This document shows, in pieces, positions 1 through 12,330 of a DNA stretch of 64,000 nt. The DNA comes from Haliotis rubra (taxonomy: Eukaryota), in the NCBI RefSeq assembly GCF_003918875.1, contig NW_025765076.1:186001-250000 (forward strand). Reading direction: 5' to 3'. The first letter of the stretch is position 1, and the number at the start of each line of letters is the position of its first letter. Under the pieces are notes generated by a model, which was not told the DNA's origin, made no database searches, and saw only the letters and a list, made by a program, of their open reading frames with translations. The position numbers and the translations under genes were made by a program.

Positions 1-36
1 GTTATCAAATACAATTTATAACATTTTGTGTTTGCA

Positions 37-3000
37 TGAAATGACTGGCAGTGACCAACGAAATGACTGGCAGTGACCAACGAAATGACTGGCAGTGACC
101 AACGAAATGACTGGCAGTGACCAACGCAATGACTGGCAGTGACCAACGAAATGACTGGCAGTGACCAACGAAATGACTGGCAGTGACCAATGAAATGACA
201 GGTAGTGGACAATAAAATGACTGGCAGTGACCAACGAAGTGACTGGCAGTGTTTCCAACGAAATGACTGGCAGTGACCAATGAAATGACTGGCAGTGACC
301 AATGAAATGACTGGCAGTGACCAACGAAATGACTGGCAGTGACCAATGAAATGACTGCCAGTGACCAACGAAATGACTGGCAGTGACCAACGCAATGACT
401 GGCAGTGACCAATGAAATGACAGGTAGTGGACAATAAAATGACTGGCAGTGACCAACGAAATGACTGGCAGTGACCAACGAAATGACAGGTAGTGGACAA
501 TGAAATGACTTGCAGTGGCCAACGAAATGACTGGCAGTGACCAATGAAATGACTGGCAGTAACCAATGAAATGACAGGTAGTGGACAATGAAATGACTGG
601 CAGTGACCAACGAAATGACTGGCAGTGACCAACGAAATGACTGACAGTGACCAATGAAGTGACTGGCAGTGACCAAGGAAATGACAGGTAGTGGACAATG
701 AAATGACTGGCAGTGACCAACGAAATGACTGGCAGTGACCAACGAAATGACTGGCAGTGACCAATGAAGTGACTGGCAGTGACCAATGAAATGACAGGTA
801 GTGGACAATGAAATGACTGGCAGTGACCAACGTAATGACTGGCAGTGACCAACGAAATGACTGGCAGTGACCAATGAAGTGACTGGCAGTGACCAATGAA
901 ATGACAGGTAGTGGACAATGAAATGACTGGCAGTGACCAACGAAATGACTGGCAGTGACCAACGAAATGACTGGCAGTGACCAACGAAATGACTGGCAGT
1001 GACCAACGAATAGACTGGCAGTGACCAACGACATGACTGGCAGTGACCAACGAAATGACTGGCAGTGACCAACGAAATGACTGGCAGTGACCAATGAAAT
1101 GACTGGCAGTGACCAATGAAATGACTGGTAGTGACCAATGAAATAAGTGTCAGTGACCAATGAAATGAATCTTAGTGACCAATGAAATGACTGGTAGTGA
1201 CCAATCAAATGAAAGGTAGTGACCAATGAAATAAGTGTCAGTGATAAATGAAGTAAGTGTTAGTGACCAATGAAATGACTGGCAGTGACCAATGAAATAA
1301 GTGTCAGTGACCAATGAAATGAATGGTTGTGACCAATGAAATGACTGGTAGTGACCAATGAAATGAATGGTAGTGACCAATGAAATAAGTGTCAGTAATT
1401 AATGAAGTGAGTGTTAGTGACCAATGAAATGACTGATAGTGACCAATGAAATAAGTGTCAGTGACCAATGAAATGAATGGTAGTGACCAATGAAATGACT
1501 GGTAGTGACCAATCAAATGAATGGTAGTGACCAATGAAATAAGTGTCAGTGATTAATGAAGTGAGTGTTATTGACGAATGAAATGACTGGTAGTGACCAC
1601 TGAAATGACTGGCAGTGACCAATGAAATGACTGGTAGTGAACAATGAAATGACAGATAGTGACCAAAGAAATGACTGGTGGGGATTAATGAAATGAGTGG
1701 CAGTGACCAATGAAATGAGTGGCAGTGACCAATGTAATGAGTGTTAGTGACCACTGAAATGACTGGTAGTGACCAATGAAATGACTGGTACTGGCAAATG
1801 AAATGGGTGTTAGTGACCAATGAAATGACAGGTAGAGATCAATGAAATGACTGGTAGTAACCAATGAAATAAATGTCAGTGACCAATGAAATGATTGGCA
1901 GTGACCAATGAAAAGACTGGTAGTTACCAATGAAATGACTGGTAGTGACCAATGAAATGACTGGTAGTGACCAATGAAATGAGTGTTGGTGAACATTGAA
2001 ATGACTGGCAGTGACCAATGAATGAGTGGTAGTTATCAATGAAATGACTGGTAGTGACAAATGAAATAAATAATAGTAACCAATGAAATGACTGGCAGTG
2101 ACCAATGAAATGACAGGTAGTGACCAAAGAAATAAATAATAGTAACCAGTTAAATGACAGGTAGTGACCAATGAAATGAGTGTCATTGACGAATGAAATG
2201 AGTGGTAGTGACCAAGGAAATGACTGGAACTGACCAATGAAATGACTGGTAGTGACCAAGGAAATGACTTGCATTGACCAATGAAATGACTGGCAGTGAC
2301 CAATGAAATAAATAATAGTAACCAATGAAATGACTGGCAGTGACCAATGAAATGACAGGTAGTGACCAATGAAATAAATAATAGTAATCACTGAAATGAC
2401 TGGTAGTGACCAATGAAATGACTGGTAGTGACAAATGAAATGACTGGTAATGACCAGTGAAATGATTGTTAGTGAACAACGAAATGACTGGCAGTGACCA
2501 ATGTAATGAATGATATTGATCAATGAAATGAGAGTTAGTGATCGATGAAATGAGTAGTAGTGATCAATGAAATGAGTGTTAGTGACCAATGAAATGACTG
2601 GTAGTGACCAATGAAATAAATGTCATCGACCAATCAAATGAGTGGTAGTGACCAATGAAATGACTGTAAGTGACCAATGAAATGAGTGGTAGTGACCAAT
2701 GAAATGACTGGTAGTGACCAATGAAATGACTGGTACTGACCAATCAAATGAGCGTTAGTGACCAACAAAATGGCAGGTACTGACCAATGAAATGACTGGC
2801 AGTGACCAATGAAATGGCAGGTAGTGACCAATGTAATGAGTGTTAGTGACCAATGAAATGAGTGTTAGTGACCAATGAAAAGAGTGTTAGTGACCAATGA
2901 AATGAGTGTTAGTGACCAATGAAATGACTGGTAGTGACCAATGAAATGAGCGGTAGTGACCAATGAAATAAGTAATAGCGACCAATGAAATGACTGGCAG

Positions 3001-3185
3001 TGATCAATAAAATATCTGAAAGTAATCATCGAAATGAATCAATGGAATGACTGGAAGTAATGAATGAAATGACTGACAGTGATCAATGAAATGACTGACA
3101 GTAATCGACAAAATGACTGAAAGTAATCATCTAAGTCATTGACAGTAATAATCGAAATGAATCAAGGGAATGACTGGCAGTAATC
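37..3185. repeat. 22-bp minisatellite (GAAATGACTGGCAGTGACCAAY)n, intronic in gene A
   Basis: Direct tandem repeat visible in sequence; built from two related 11-mers sharing TGAC; homogeneous at 37-1130 and increasingly degenerate toward 3185. Confidence 0.97.
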
Positions 3186-3251
3186 AATGTACATACCTTG
3201 AGAGGTGTCAAAGTAACCTAGCCAGGAGATGATTCCCCTATCATTACATAC

Positions 3252-3530
3252 CTTGGGAGGTCTCACAGAAATGCCCTGTGTTGCTGCCTTCACAGCCCTG
3301 GACACAGTGTCCTGTCTGGAAACTGCATATGTGCTTCTTACAGTTCCTGCTGCAGGTTAGATGACACCGGTCACCATACTTTCCACGGATGCATCCTTCT
3401 GAACATCTTCCAGTCTGTTTGTCACAGTAAACTTTCTGTCCGTCATAAGGGGCACAGTAACGACTGCAGTTCAGTTTACAGTTGTCTCCGTACTTCCCCA
3501 CAGGACACCCCTGTCCCCTTACACCTCCAA
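3252..3530 (-). CDS. Gene A exon 2: Cys-rich EGF-like (MEGF10/SREC-type) repeats, phase 1-1
   Basis: Acceptor tttcAG at 3532-3531, donor GTATGT at 3251; 279 nt open frame (V)GGVRGQGCPVGKYGDNCKLNCSRYC...CDKQTGRCSEGCIRGKYGDRC...CETSQ with CxxGxYGxxC motifs. Confidence 0.88.
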
Positions 3531-3762
3531 CTGAAAGGGAGAATGAGTTAGGTGAACCATACCGTGACTAGAAACAAATATACATTCATACAAGCTGCTG
3601 AACAGGGATCAAGGAGTGTACCTGCCCAGTGCCTGGGAAGTCAAGTAATTACTGGCTTCGACCCAAATCTGCTAATCACTTGTATAAACTATTCCCTTGT
3701 GTAAACAATGTCTGTGCATCTCACTCTTTCATCTCCTGTTTCTTATCCAGTTTATTGTATAT

Positions 3763-4250
3763 ATACTACTCCCTTAAANNNNNNNNNNNNNNNNNNNNNN
3801 NNNNNNNNNNNNNNNNNNNNNNNNNNNNNNNNNNNNNNNNNNNNNNNNNNNNNNNNNNNNNNNNNNNNNNNNNNNNNNNNNNNNNNNNNNNNNNNNNNNN
3901 NNNNNNNNNNNNNNNNNNNNNNTCTCAACAACTGCAAACCTTACGCAGATGGGTTGCACGAGGATCAAGCATCAAATTGCTGAAAAGCATGTGCAAATAT
4001 CGTACATGTGAACAGATGCGTTTTAGTGTAAAGTTTGTTAAAACTTCGTCAATTTTCACTGAGTTTCACCATTTATTGAACTCGTGACAATAATCATTTC
4101 AACGTTTCGATTTTTTTTACAGCACATTGGTACATGTGTAAACAGTACCTTTAAACAGTGTGGAATATTTTGCAAAATATAGTTTAGAACAGTTGACTGA
4201 AGTAAGTGGCTACATTTACACTAGCGAGTCTAAACTTTTGATGGGTAGTA
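3763..4250. mobile_element. Possible Tc1/mariner-type MITE spanning the gap
   Basis: Left TATACTACTCCCTTAAA and right TTTTGATGGGTAGTATA form an imperfect inverted pair ending in TA; the gap hides most of the left arm. Confidence 0.4.
3779..3922. other. Assembly gap (144 N)
   Basis: Run of N. Confidence 1.
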
Positions 4251-4717
4251 TACATGCAACACTGCAAGTAAATAGCCCAGAGACGTTGTGACATACAGTA
4301 AAAAAGAAGTTGTCATCCATAATTCTTCCAGTGTAGACAGTACGTATGGAACTGTGTTACTTTCTGTGTTTAAAACTTGTTTCACAACAAGAGAGAATTA
4401 GTAATCAACACAAAATGAAATCTTTCTACGTCACCAGCAACCAAAGCCACGGGCCCTCGCGAGAAATATTGTAGTTAATATTGCATGTTTCCAGTTTTAT
4501 GAGAACTGCATGTCAGCACTATGAGGATGTGCATATATCTGTGAATACCGTAGTAGTGTGTGATTGTTTATAGAAAATTCCCTATTGAAAATGGCAGTTA
4601 AAGCGTTAATATTTTAAAGTTCTGAGTCAGTTGATGTTTAGTGCTGTACTCTGTGCCAGTAGTTGATAATAACGTGATGCTAACTGTATGTAGATAGTTC
4701 ACACAGCATTAACTTAC

Positions 4718-4751
4718 CCAGTAGTAGGAATACCAGAACTCTGTCCAACAT
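4718..4751 (-). CDS. Gene A exon 1: signal peptide
   Basis: ATG at 4751, MLDRVLVFLLL then G|GTAAGT donor (phase 1); splicing to exon 2 gives MLDRVLVFLLLVGGVRG-QGC, a typical cleavable signal peptide. Confidence 0.8.
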
Positions 4752-4786
4752 TGTTCTTATGTCTGCATCACCCCTTCTGGAACGGT

Positions 4787-5065
4787 AACGTTGACGTGAG
4801 ACTGTGTCTGATGAAGCGTCACACACTGGGATGGACCTCGACGTGCCAGAGGGGCAGTTGATCTTCACCCCTCCTGAAACAGTGACGTTGACGTGAGACT
4901 GTGTCTGATGAAGCGTCGCACACTGGGGTGGACCTCGACGTGCCAGAGGGGCAGTTGATCTTCACCCCTCCTGGAACAGTGACGTTGACGTGAGACTGTG
5001 TCTGATGAAGCGTCACACACTGGGGTGGACCTCGACGTGCCAGAGGGGTAGTTGATCTTCACCCC
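4787..5065. repeat. 97-bp tandem repeat, about 2.9 copies, in the probable 5' UTR of gene A
   Basis: GTTGACGTGAGACTGTGTCTGATGAAGCG recurs at 4790, 4887 and 4984. Confidence 0.93.
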
Positions 5066-5334
5066 TGCCTTACAAAAGCAGCCTAATTCATGTTAGACTC
5101 AACTTGTGATGGGTGAGGACAGTCAGCAGGCGTGGCCGTGCGGTCTGTATACCACATGGGTACAGTCGGACACAATAAACGTGCGTCACAGCCAATGACA
5201 ATGCTTGTACGATCTAAATCAAATGGATTGACTGTAGCCTTTTAGCTATCATAATGACACAAACACATTTCAACTAATTATCTGTGTTTTGAGTTATAAA
5301 TGGCTTTTACATGTTGCATCCGTGTGGGTTAGTT

Positions 5335-5480
5335 ATTGGGTGTGCTGTTTTACGCCGCACTCAGCAATAGTCCAACTATATGGCGGCCGTCTGTAAATAA
5401 TCCAATCATGACCAGACAACCCAGTGATAAACAACATGATCATCGCTGTACGCAGTTGAGCCTGACCACGGGATCCTTTC
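5335..5480 (+). repeat. Short interspersed repeat, copy 1 (SINE/MITE-like)
   Basis: TTTTACGCCGCACTCAGCAATAGTCCAACTATATGGCGGCCGTCTGTAAATAATC...ACCAGACAACCCAGTGAT; related copies at 5703-5880, 44935-45100 (rev) and about 48310-48410 (rev). Confidence 0.75.
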
Positions 5481-5702
5481 GGATGTTGGTAAACATGTGG
5501 CGCGAAAAGCGAACGGTTTAACAACGGCTGCCCTAATCCCTTCCCTACACCCCTCCAGTCCCTGGTGCCACGTGTATCAAGTCACACACCAACACTGGTT
5601 TAATGCTGTCTTGTACATGGCGTCTTAAGACATACTCTGGACACCCAATTAAACAACCGTCAAAGCTTTCAGATTAGAAGGGAACCCCTGCAACAGACGC
5701 TA

Positions 5703-5880
5703 TGCACTCAGCAATATTCCAGCTTGATGACGGTGGCCTATAAATAATCGAATATGGACCAAACAATCCAGCTTTTCTAAACAGCATGACCATCGCTCTA
5801 CGCACATGGGATACGGTGACTAGTGTCAAGTAAATCAGCGAGTCTGACAAGCCAATCCCGTTTCTCGGCCTCTTTCGACA
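5703..5880 (+). repeat. Short interspersed repeat, copy 2
   Basis: GCACTCAGCAATATTCCAGC...TAAATAATCGAATATGGACCAAACAATCCAG...CAGCGAGTCTGACAAGCCAATCCCG aligns by eye to copy 1. Confidence 0.75.
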
Positions 5881-7150
5881 ATGTGTACACTTACTGGTGT
5901 ATTCCCCCAGGACGCAATCAGATAATACAAACACTGTACAATATGTACACTTACTGGTGTATTCCCCTAGGACGCCATGAGATAATACAAACACTGTACG
6001 ATGTGTACACTTACAGGTGTATTCCCCAGGACGCCATGAGATAATACAAACACTGTACAATGTGTACATTTACTAGGTTATTTGCCCATGACACCATGAG
6101 ATAATACTAACACTGTACAATGTGTACATTTACTGGAGTATCCCCCAAGACCCATGAGATAATGCAAACACTGTACAATGTGTACACTTACTGGTGTATT
6201 CCAAAGGACGTCATGAGATAATACAAACACTGTACAATGTGTACATTTACTAGGGTATTTTCCTAAGACGTCATGAGATAATACAAACACTGTACAATGT
6301 GTACATTTACTGGGGTATTTGCCCAGGACGCCATGAGATAATACAAACAGTGTACAATGTGTACACTTACTGGTGTATTCCCCAAGACGCCATGAGATAA
6401 TACAAACAGTGTACAATGTGTACATTTACTGGGGTATTTGCCCAGGACGCCATGAGATAATACAAGCACTGTACAATGTGTACACTTACTGGTGTATTCC
6501 CCAGGACGCCATCAGATAATACAAACAGTGTACAATGTGTACATTTACCAGGGTATTTTCCTAAGACGTCATGAGATAATACAAACACTGTACAATGTGT
6601 ACATTTACTGGGGTATTCCCCAAGACGCCATGAGATAATACAAACAGTGTACAATGTGTACACTTACTGGTGTATTCCCCAAGACGCCATGAGATAATAC
6701 AAACAGTGTACAATGTGTACATTTACTGGGGTATTTGCCCAGGACGCAATCAGATAATACAAACACTGTACAATGTGTACACTTACTGGTGTATTCCCCA
6801 GGACGCCATCAGATAATACAAACACTGTACAATGTGTACATTTACTGGGGTATTTGCCCAGGACGCCATGAGATAATACAAACAGTGTACAATGTGTACA
6901 CTTACTGGTGTATTCCCCAAGACGCCATGAGATAATACAAACAGTGTACAATGTGTACATTTACTGGGGTATTTGCCAAGGACGCCATGAGATAATACAA
7001 GCACTGTACAATGTGTACACTTACTGGTGTATTCCCCAGGTCACCATGAGATAATACAAACACTGTACAATGTGTACACTTACTGGTGTATTCCCCAGGA
7101 CGCCATGAGATAATACAAACACTGTACAATGTGTACATTTACTGGGGTAT
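5881..7150. repeat. 59/60-bp minisatellite, about 21 copies
   Basis: Unit TGTACAATGTGTACACTTACTGGTGTATTCCCCAGGACGCCATGAGATAATACAAACAC; two variants (CACTT..GGTGTATTCC and CATTT..GGGGTATTTG) largely alternate. Confidence 0.96.
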
Positions 7151-7418
7151 ATGTGGTGACGAGGAATAAGCTGAATTAATGGAAATAGTCCAAACAAACT
7201 TACAAGATGAATGTCTGATGCATCCAAAATCTTTCCTCGTCCTGACATGTCACTAACCAACGATTGATCTGTGCTGTTGACAAGACCCTTCTTTCGGTAT
7301 TATGAAACAGGGCAGACAATTCAAAATACTGCAGTGTCACATTGACATTGCTGTGAAGGTACACTTCAACACAAGTGAAATGAGTGCGCACAGTCTCTGT
7401 TGTCATGAACGCGCGTGC

Positions 7419-7482
7419 GAGAGAGAGACAGAGAGAGAGACAGAGACAGAGAGAGAGAGAGAGAGAGATAGAGAGAGAGAGA
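7419..7482. repeat. (GA)n microsatellite
   Basis: Direct observation. Confidence 0.95.
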
Positions 7483-7871
7483 GTTATACAACAACCTTAT
7501 CGAATCCCCCACCCGACCCCCAACCCCTTTGAAAAAAAAATAGCAATGGCTAAATTCAATATGTGTAAGTAGAATGTAAAAAAAATGTATACTTGAACAT
7601 AAATGCTAATTAATAGATATCCAAAAAATAATAATGCAAAATAAGAAAAAAATGATATAATCAAAACAATTCAGACAGACCTGTGTGCAGTATCCTTCTT
7701 TCACATATGTAATTTAAGCGGTCTTTCGTTTTGTTTAGCGTGCACCAGGCGCAGACTTAAGGCTGATACAGTTCGGCCTCATGTCGATATGGACAAACAA
7801 TATCCTGTTATATGTAATACAGAACCTGACTTTATCCATCGCCAACCGGACCCCCGTACACGCCTAGTTAC

Positions 7872-10800
7872 CAAGTTCAAGTTCAAGTTCAGTTTATTCT
7901 CAAATAACCACGTTTGGTGGTACAAGAGAAAATCAAACATAATCCATTTAAATACATATAAATAAACATGACAAAATGACAGGTAGAACAGTTTAAAATG
8001 AAACAGAATTATGCCATAAATTAAGATCTATTAAGTAATTTATTGTCTATAGAAAGAGATGATTGAGGTTTAACCATTTTTGACAAAGAGTTTATCTAAT
8101 GCTAGCAGATATTTGGATAGATTTCTTATTTCTTTTGAATTTCTACTATTAAATATTTTCTTCAATGTTGATAAATTGGGGAAGTACATGTGTCTAGTTG
8201 GTAAATATTTCTATCTAATATCTGTAAGGGCTTCACATCTAAATAAGTAATGAAATTCGCCGCCTATTGCTGGTGAATTGCAAAGTTTACATGTTCTGTT
8301 TTTTCTTGCGATACCATGCCAACGACCAGTTTCTACCGGGAGATTGTGATTACAGGTTCTGTATTTCAAAATAGAAGAGTAAATATACGCTGGGAAGAGA
8401 AGATAGTTTTCAAATATGGGAGTATCTTTAATATGTTTATAATAAAATCCCTTAGAGCTATTTTCAATATCAGCTTTCCAACTTTGTTGGAACTGGTCTT
8501 TTAATACAGTCTCCACTTGTGAAACTAGCCATTGGCATGGTACGCTTACAGGGTTATAGAATACAAAAGATAAGCCACATTTATCTAATAAAGATTTAAC
8601 ATGATGCATCCAGGGATCAAAATCATTCTCAAAGATACTTTGTGCATATGCATAATTGTTGATCAGTTTTGATAATTTCTGCTGCATTCCAGGATTATTA
8701 AGTTTATGCCAATAACAAATAATACGCTTAGCTGCAGTGATATATAAAGGAAATCTTCCGAGTTCTCCATATACCATAAAAGTAGGGGTAGAATTTCGTA
8801 AACCGCTGGCCAATTTCAAAAATTTCAAATGTTTTTTCAATTATATTTAAATTTTCATATGCCCAAGTTTCGCAGCCATACAAAAGAATTGGGGCTATCA
8901 TAACATCAAATGCCTTAAGTAAACAGTCCAACAGGATATTATGATTTCTAGATTTTTTTAAAAGACAAAACATTGCTTTGGATGCGCTTGCTGCAAGGTT
9001 TTTGATTGATAGATAAAATTTCCTATTTCTACTAAATGTCACTCCAAGATAAGTATAGTTATCTACAATTTCAATTGGAGATTGTTCAAAGACAAAATTA
9101 AGTTTACTATTATTAGCAGGGCCACTTCCAAAAATTAAGACTTTCGTTTTATCAAGATTCACTTCTAATTTCCAAATTTTACAGTATTTGCTAAAAGAAT
9201 CTAAGGTACTCTGTAGTTCGGATGCAGAATCAGCAAACAGGACAGTGTCGTCGGCATAAAGAAGTACAATAAATGATAGACATAACTGTATGTTTACATT
9301 CTCGAGCATAACACTTTTACAACTGTCATCGATGAGAAATTGTTCTAAATCATTTATGAATAAACAAAATAAAAGAGGTGAAAGATTTTCCCCTTGGCGG
9401 ACGCCCGAATAACACTGAAAATAATCTGAGACCTTATCATTTGAACATACACAAGATTTGATATTTGCATACATGTTTTGTATAAGCGTAAAAAATTTAC
9501 CTGTAATTCCATTGTTAACTATTTTTTGCCAAAGTCCAATCCTCCATACATTATCAAAAGCTTAAGAAAAATCAATGAAAGCACAATATAACTTTCTTTT
9601 ACAGGCCTTTAAAATCTGAGTAAGCATGTTCAAAACAAATATGTTGTCGTTTGTGGAATGTTCTTTCCTAAAGCCTGCCTGCGCAGGGGTTAAAATATTG
9701 TTTGTTTCCAAGAAAATGTTCAGTCTGTTGTTCAATATACTAGTGAAAAGCTTTCCAAAGCAGCTTAAAATAGTGATTGGTCTATAGGCATTGGGGTCTG
9801 ATTTCTGGCCTTTACCTTTGTATATAGGTCTGATAGTGCCAGTCAACCATGCTTCGGGCATTATTCCTGTGGATAATATCACATTGAAATAATCAACAAA
9901 CAAAGGACCAAGTAGATCAGAGGAATCAATAAGATAGTCATTTTCAATGTTATCAATACCAGAAGATTTATTTATTTCGTTTTAGCTTTTTGATAGCATG
10001 TGTCACTTCTATCAAGGTAATATCATCATTTAATATGTGATCATCATAATCTTTAATTTCTTGATTTATTTCACAATCAGGAGTAGTCTGTTTACTATTG
10101 ATATGCTTGAAATGTTCAAAAAATTCTTTTATGTCTGGTATTTCAGAATAATAATATTTTTTACCTTTTGTTAGTATTTTCCAGAATTCTTTAGGGGAAT
10201 GCTTTTTTTTTTCTTACCAAGTGAGAGAATTCATTTTATACTTGTTTATATGCTTATTCAGACATTTCTTATATTCTTTTGAACATCGGCGATATTCAGC
10301 CTTATTAGAATTCGTCTTACTTTTAAAATACCAACGTTTTGATTTTTGAAAGCATTTGCGTTTTTCTCGGCATTCTTTTCCAAACCAAGGCTTATCATTA
10401 CAATCTCGTTTCGACACTGGTGGAGGCGAGCGTCTCACACCAAATGTTGCACGAGCTGCGTCAGCCAGAAGGTGCACTACCCCAGAGGCAAAGTCATTGA
10501 CTGCACGTGCTGGGTCGTCTTGACCTGATGTTGATTGCAATAAATGGGTTAATTCCAGGACAGAGATTTTGTTAATATTATTTACAAATGTTTTTGCTTC
10601 ATTTATGTCATACCGCTTTGGTTTTGTAGAAACTTCTTTTGGTGAATTGTTTGTTACATTTTCCCGCCTATTCTCAGGTGGTTTTGAGTTAGAGTTTAAT
10701 CCTATATTTAATGAGAAAGTGATGGGAGAGTGAACATCTGAATACAAAGGTGAAAAATCAATAACATCAAACTCAACAAAACATGGAAGACATTGTGGCG

Positions 10801-12330
10801 AGGATAAAACATAGTCAATTAAACTTGAGTCATTACATGTCACTTTACCTTTATCCTTATCTTTGTCTAGTCTCCCATTGCATATAAACATATTAGTGGT
10901 TTTACAAAGCTCTATGAGCTTAGGTCCTGAAGCATTAACCCTTCCTAAATCTTGGTTAGCTCTTGTTATAGGGAGAAAGGAGGCATAAAGAATATTTTCA
11001 GGTTCAAAAATATCTGTCATAGTTTCAATATCAATATCAAGTTCTTCAATTATATGCTTATCAACTGTGCAATACTCTTTCAATAGTCTAGTCCTAGCAT
11101 TGAAATCACCCATAAGTAAAATGTAATCACTCTTAGCAAGCATTTGTAAAATAGATTGTTCTACAAGGGGAAACATATCATCTTTTGCATATCTAGAACT
11201 ATCTGGTGGTAAATACACATTACCTAGGTAAAGATCATTATCAATATTAAGCAATTCTTTAGATATTCTATACCAGATAACATATTCACATTCATGGTTA
11301 TATAATGAGATATGGTCAGAAAAGGTGTTTCTTACTGCTAACCCAATACCACCAGACTTCCTACGGAAGCCTGGTCTATGGTGAAGATATAATTTGTAGC
11401 CTTCAATTTCTAGCTCATCAAGCGAATCTGTTTTCGTTTCCTGTAGGCCAATTATGTCAGCACTATTTAATAGAGACCTGAATTCAGGATACTGCAGTTT
11501 TCTTCTTAGACCACATACATTTAGACTGATAAATTTTAGTTTACTGGCAGAACTTGATGAATCATCCTTAGTAGCAGTTTCATTACTAAACTGGTTGATT
11601 GATGTAGGTTGTGTCTGTGGTATACTGTATTCTCCAGCTTCAGCGGTGTGAACTGACTTAAGGGGAGTTGTGCTGGTGTGGAGTTCATCAGTCTGGCTAG
11701 TGGAATTATTATCATAAGCATGTAGCATAGTATCTGATGATAATTCTGATACATCAATAGTGTTTATGTTCATTACAGATTCATCATATACATCATTTGT
11801 CAAAGTGTTGTGATCCTAGCTAGCATCTTCATTGTTATATGCAGCATCAATGTTACCAGCATCATTCATATGGGTTGAGGATTCATATACGCACATGTTT
11901 TTATCTGAGAGACATGGACTTTCAGGGGTAATAGATGTGTTGCTAACAGTGTTAGCATCAGCATTATTAGGCATTGTATGTTCAACACTTGTATCATTCA
12001 CATAAGAAGTTGATCTATAAATGTTCTTAGGTGGAGGAATAGCATGACTATCATCACTTATTATGGTATTGTAAAGGGTACTTGGATGGTGATCATTATA
12101 CATACAGTGTATATTACTATGTGTATCAACATTAGACATACTTTTACACTCACTAGTGTCCACACAAGGAAACATAACACAATTAGTGACAGTCAAAGGA
12201 GTAACACAATGAACAGTGCATGTATTTACACTGAGGTGCATATCATTTAGATAGCTGGAAGTATTCACAAGGGAAGATGCTTCATGTGTACCGTGGACAT
12301 AGCATGTAGCATTTGTCATAGCTGACAATA
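7872..12330 (-). mobile_element. Non-LTR retrotransposon (LINE), APE endonuclease + RT ORF2, frameshifted; RTEX/L2-CR1-like
   Basis: APE motifs (SLNVCGL, IGLQET, VYLPP, MGDFNAR, SLIDY, SDVH) in 10214-11803; RT motifs (YRPITILS, QAGFR, FIDFS/KAFD, GVRQGENLSPLLF, LLYADD, YTYLG) in 9562-9903 and 8728-9474; C-terminal HNLPVETGRW...CKLC...EFHYLFRC in 8211-8840; 3' end AATAAA followed by (CTTGAA)n tail near 7872-7898. The 5' boundary is uncertain. Confidence 0.93.

Noticed and set aside
5-2831. Long ORFs in the 22-bp repeat (up to 377 aa)
   Set aside because: The unit is not a multiple of 3; the same peptide cycles through all frames because the unit lacks stops on that strand.
5674-7260. Cys/His-rich ORFs (CTHC) suggesting zinc fingers, also at 38505-39163
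   Set aside because: Translations of 59/60-bp and 32/33-bp minisatellites with constant frame switching.
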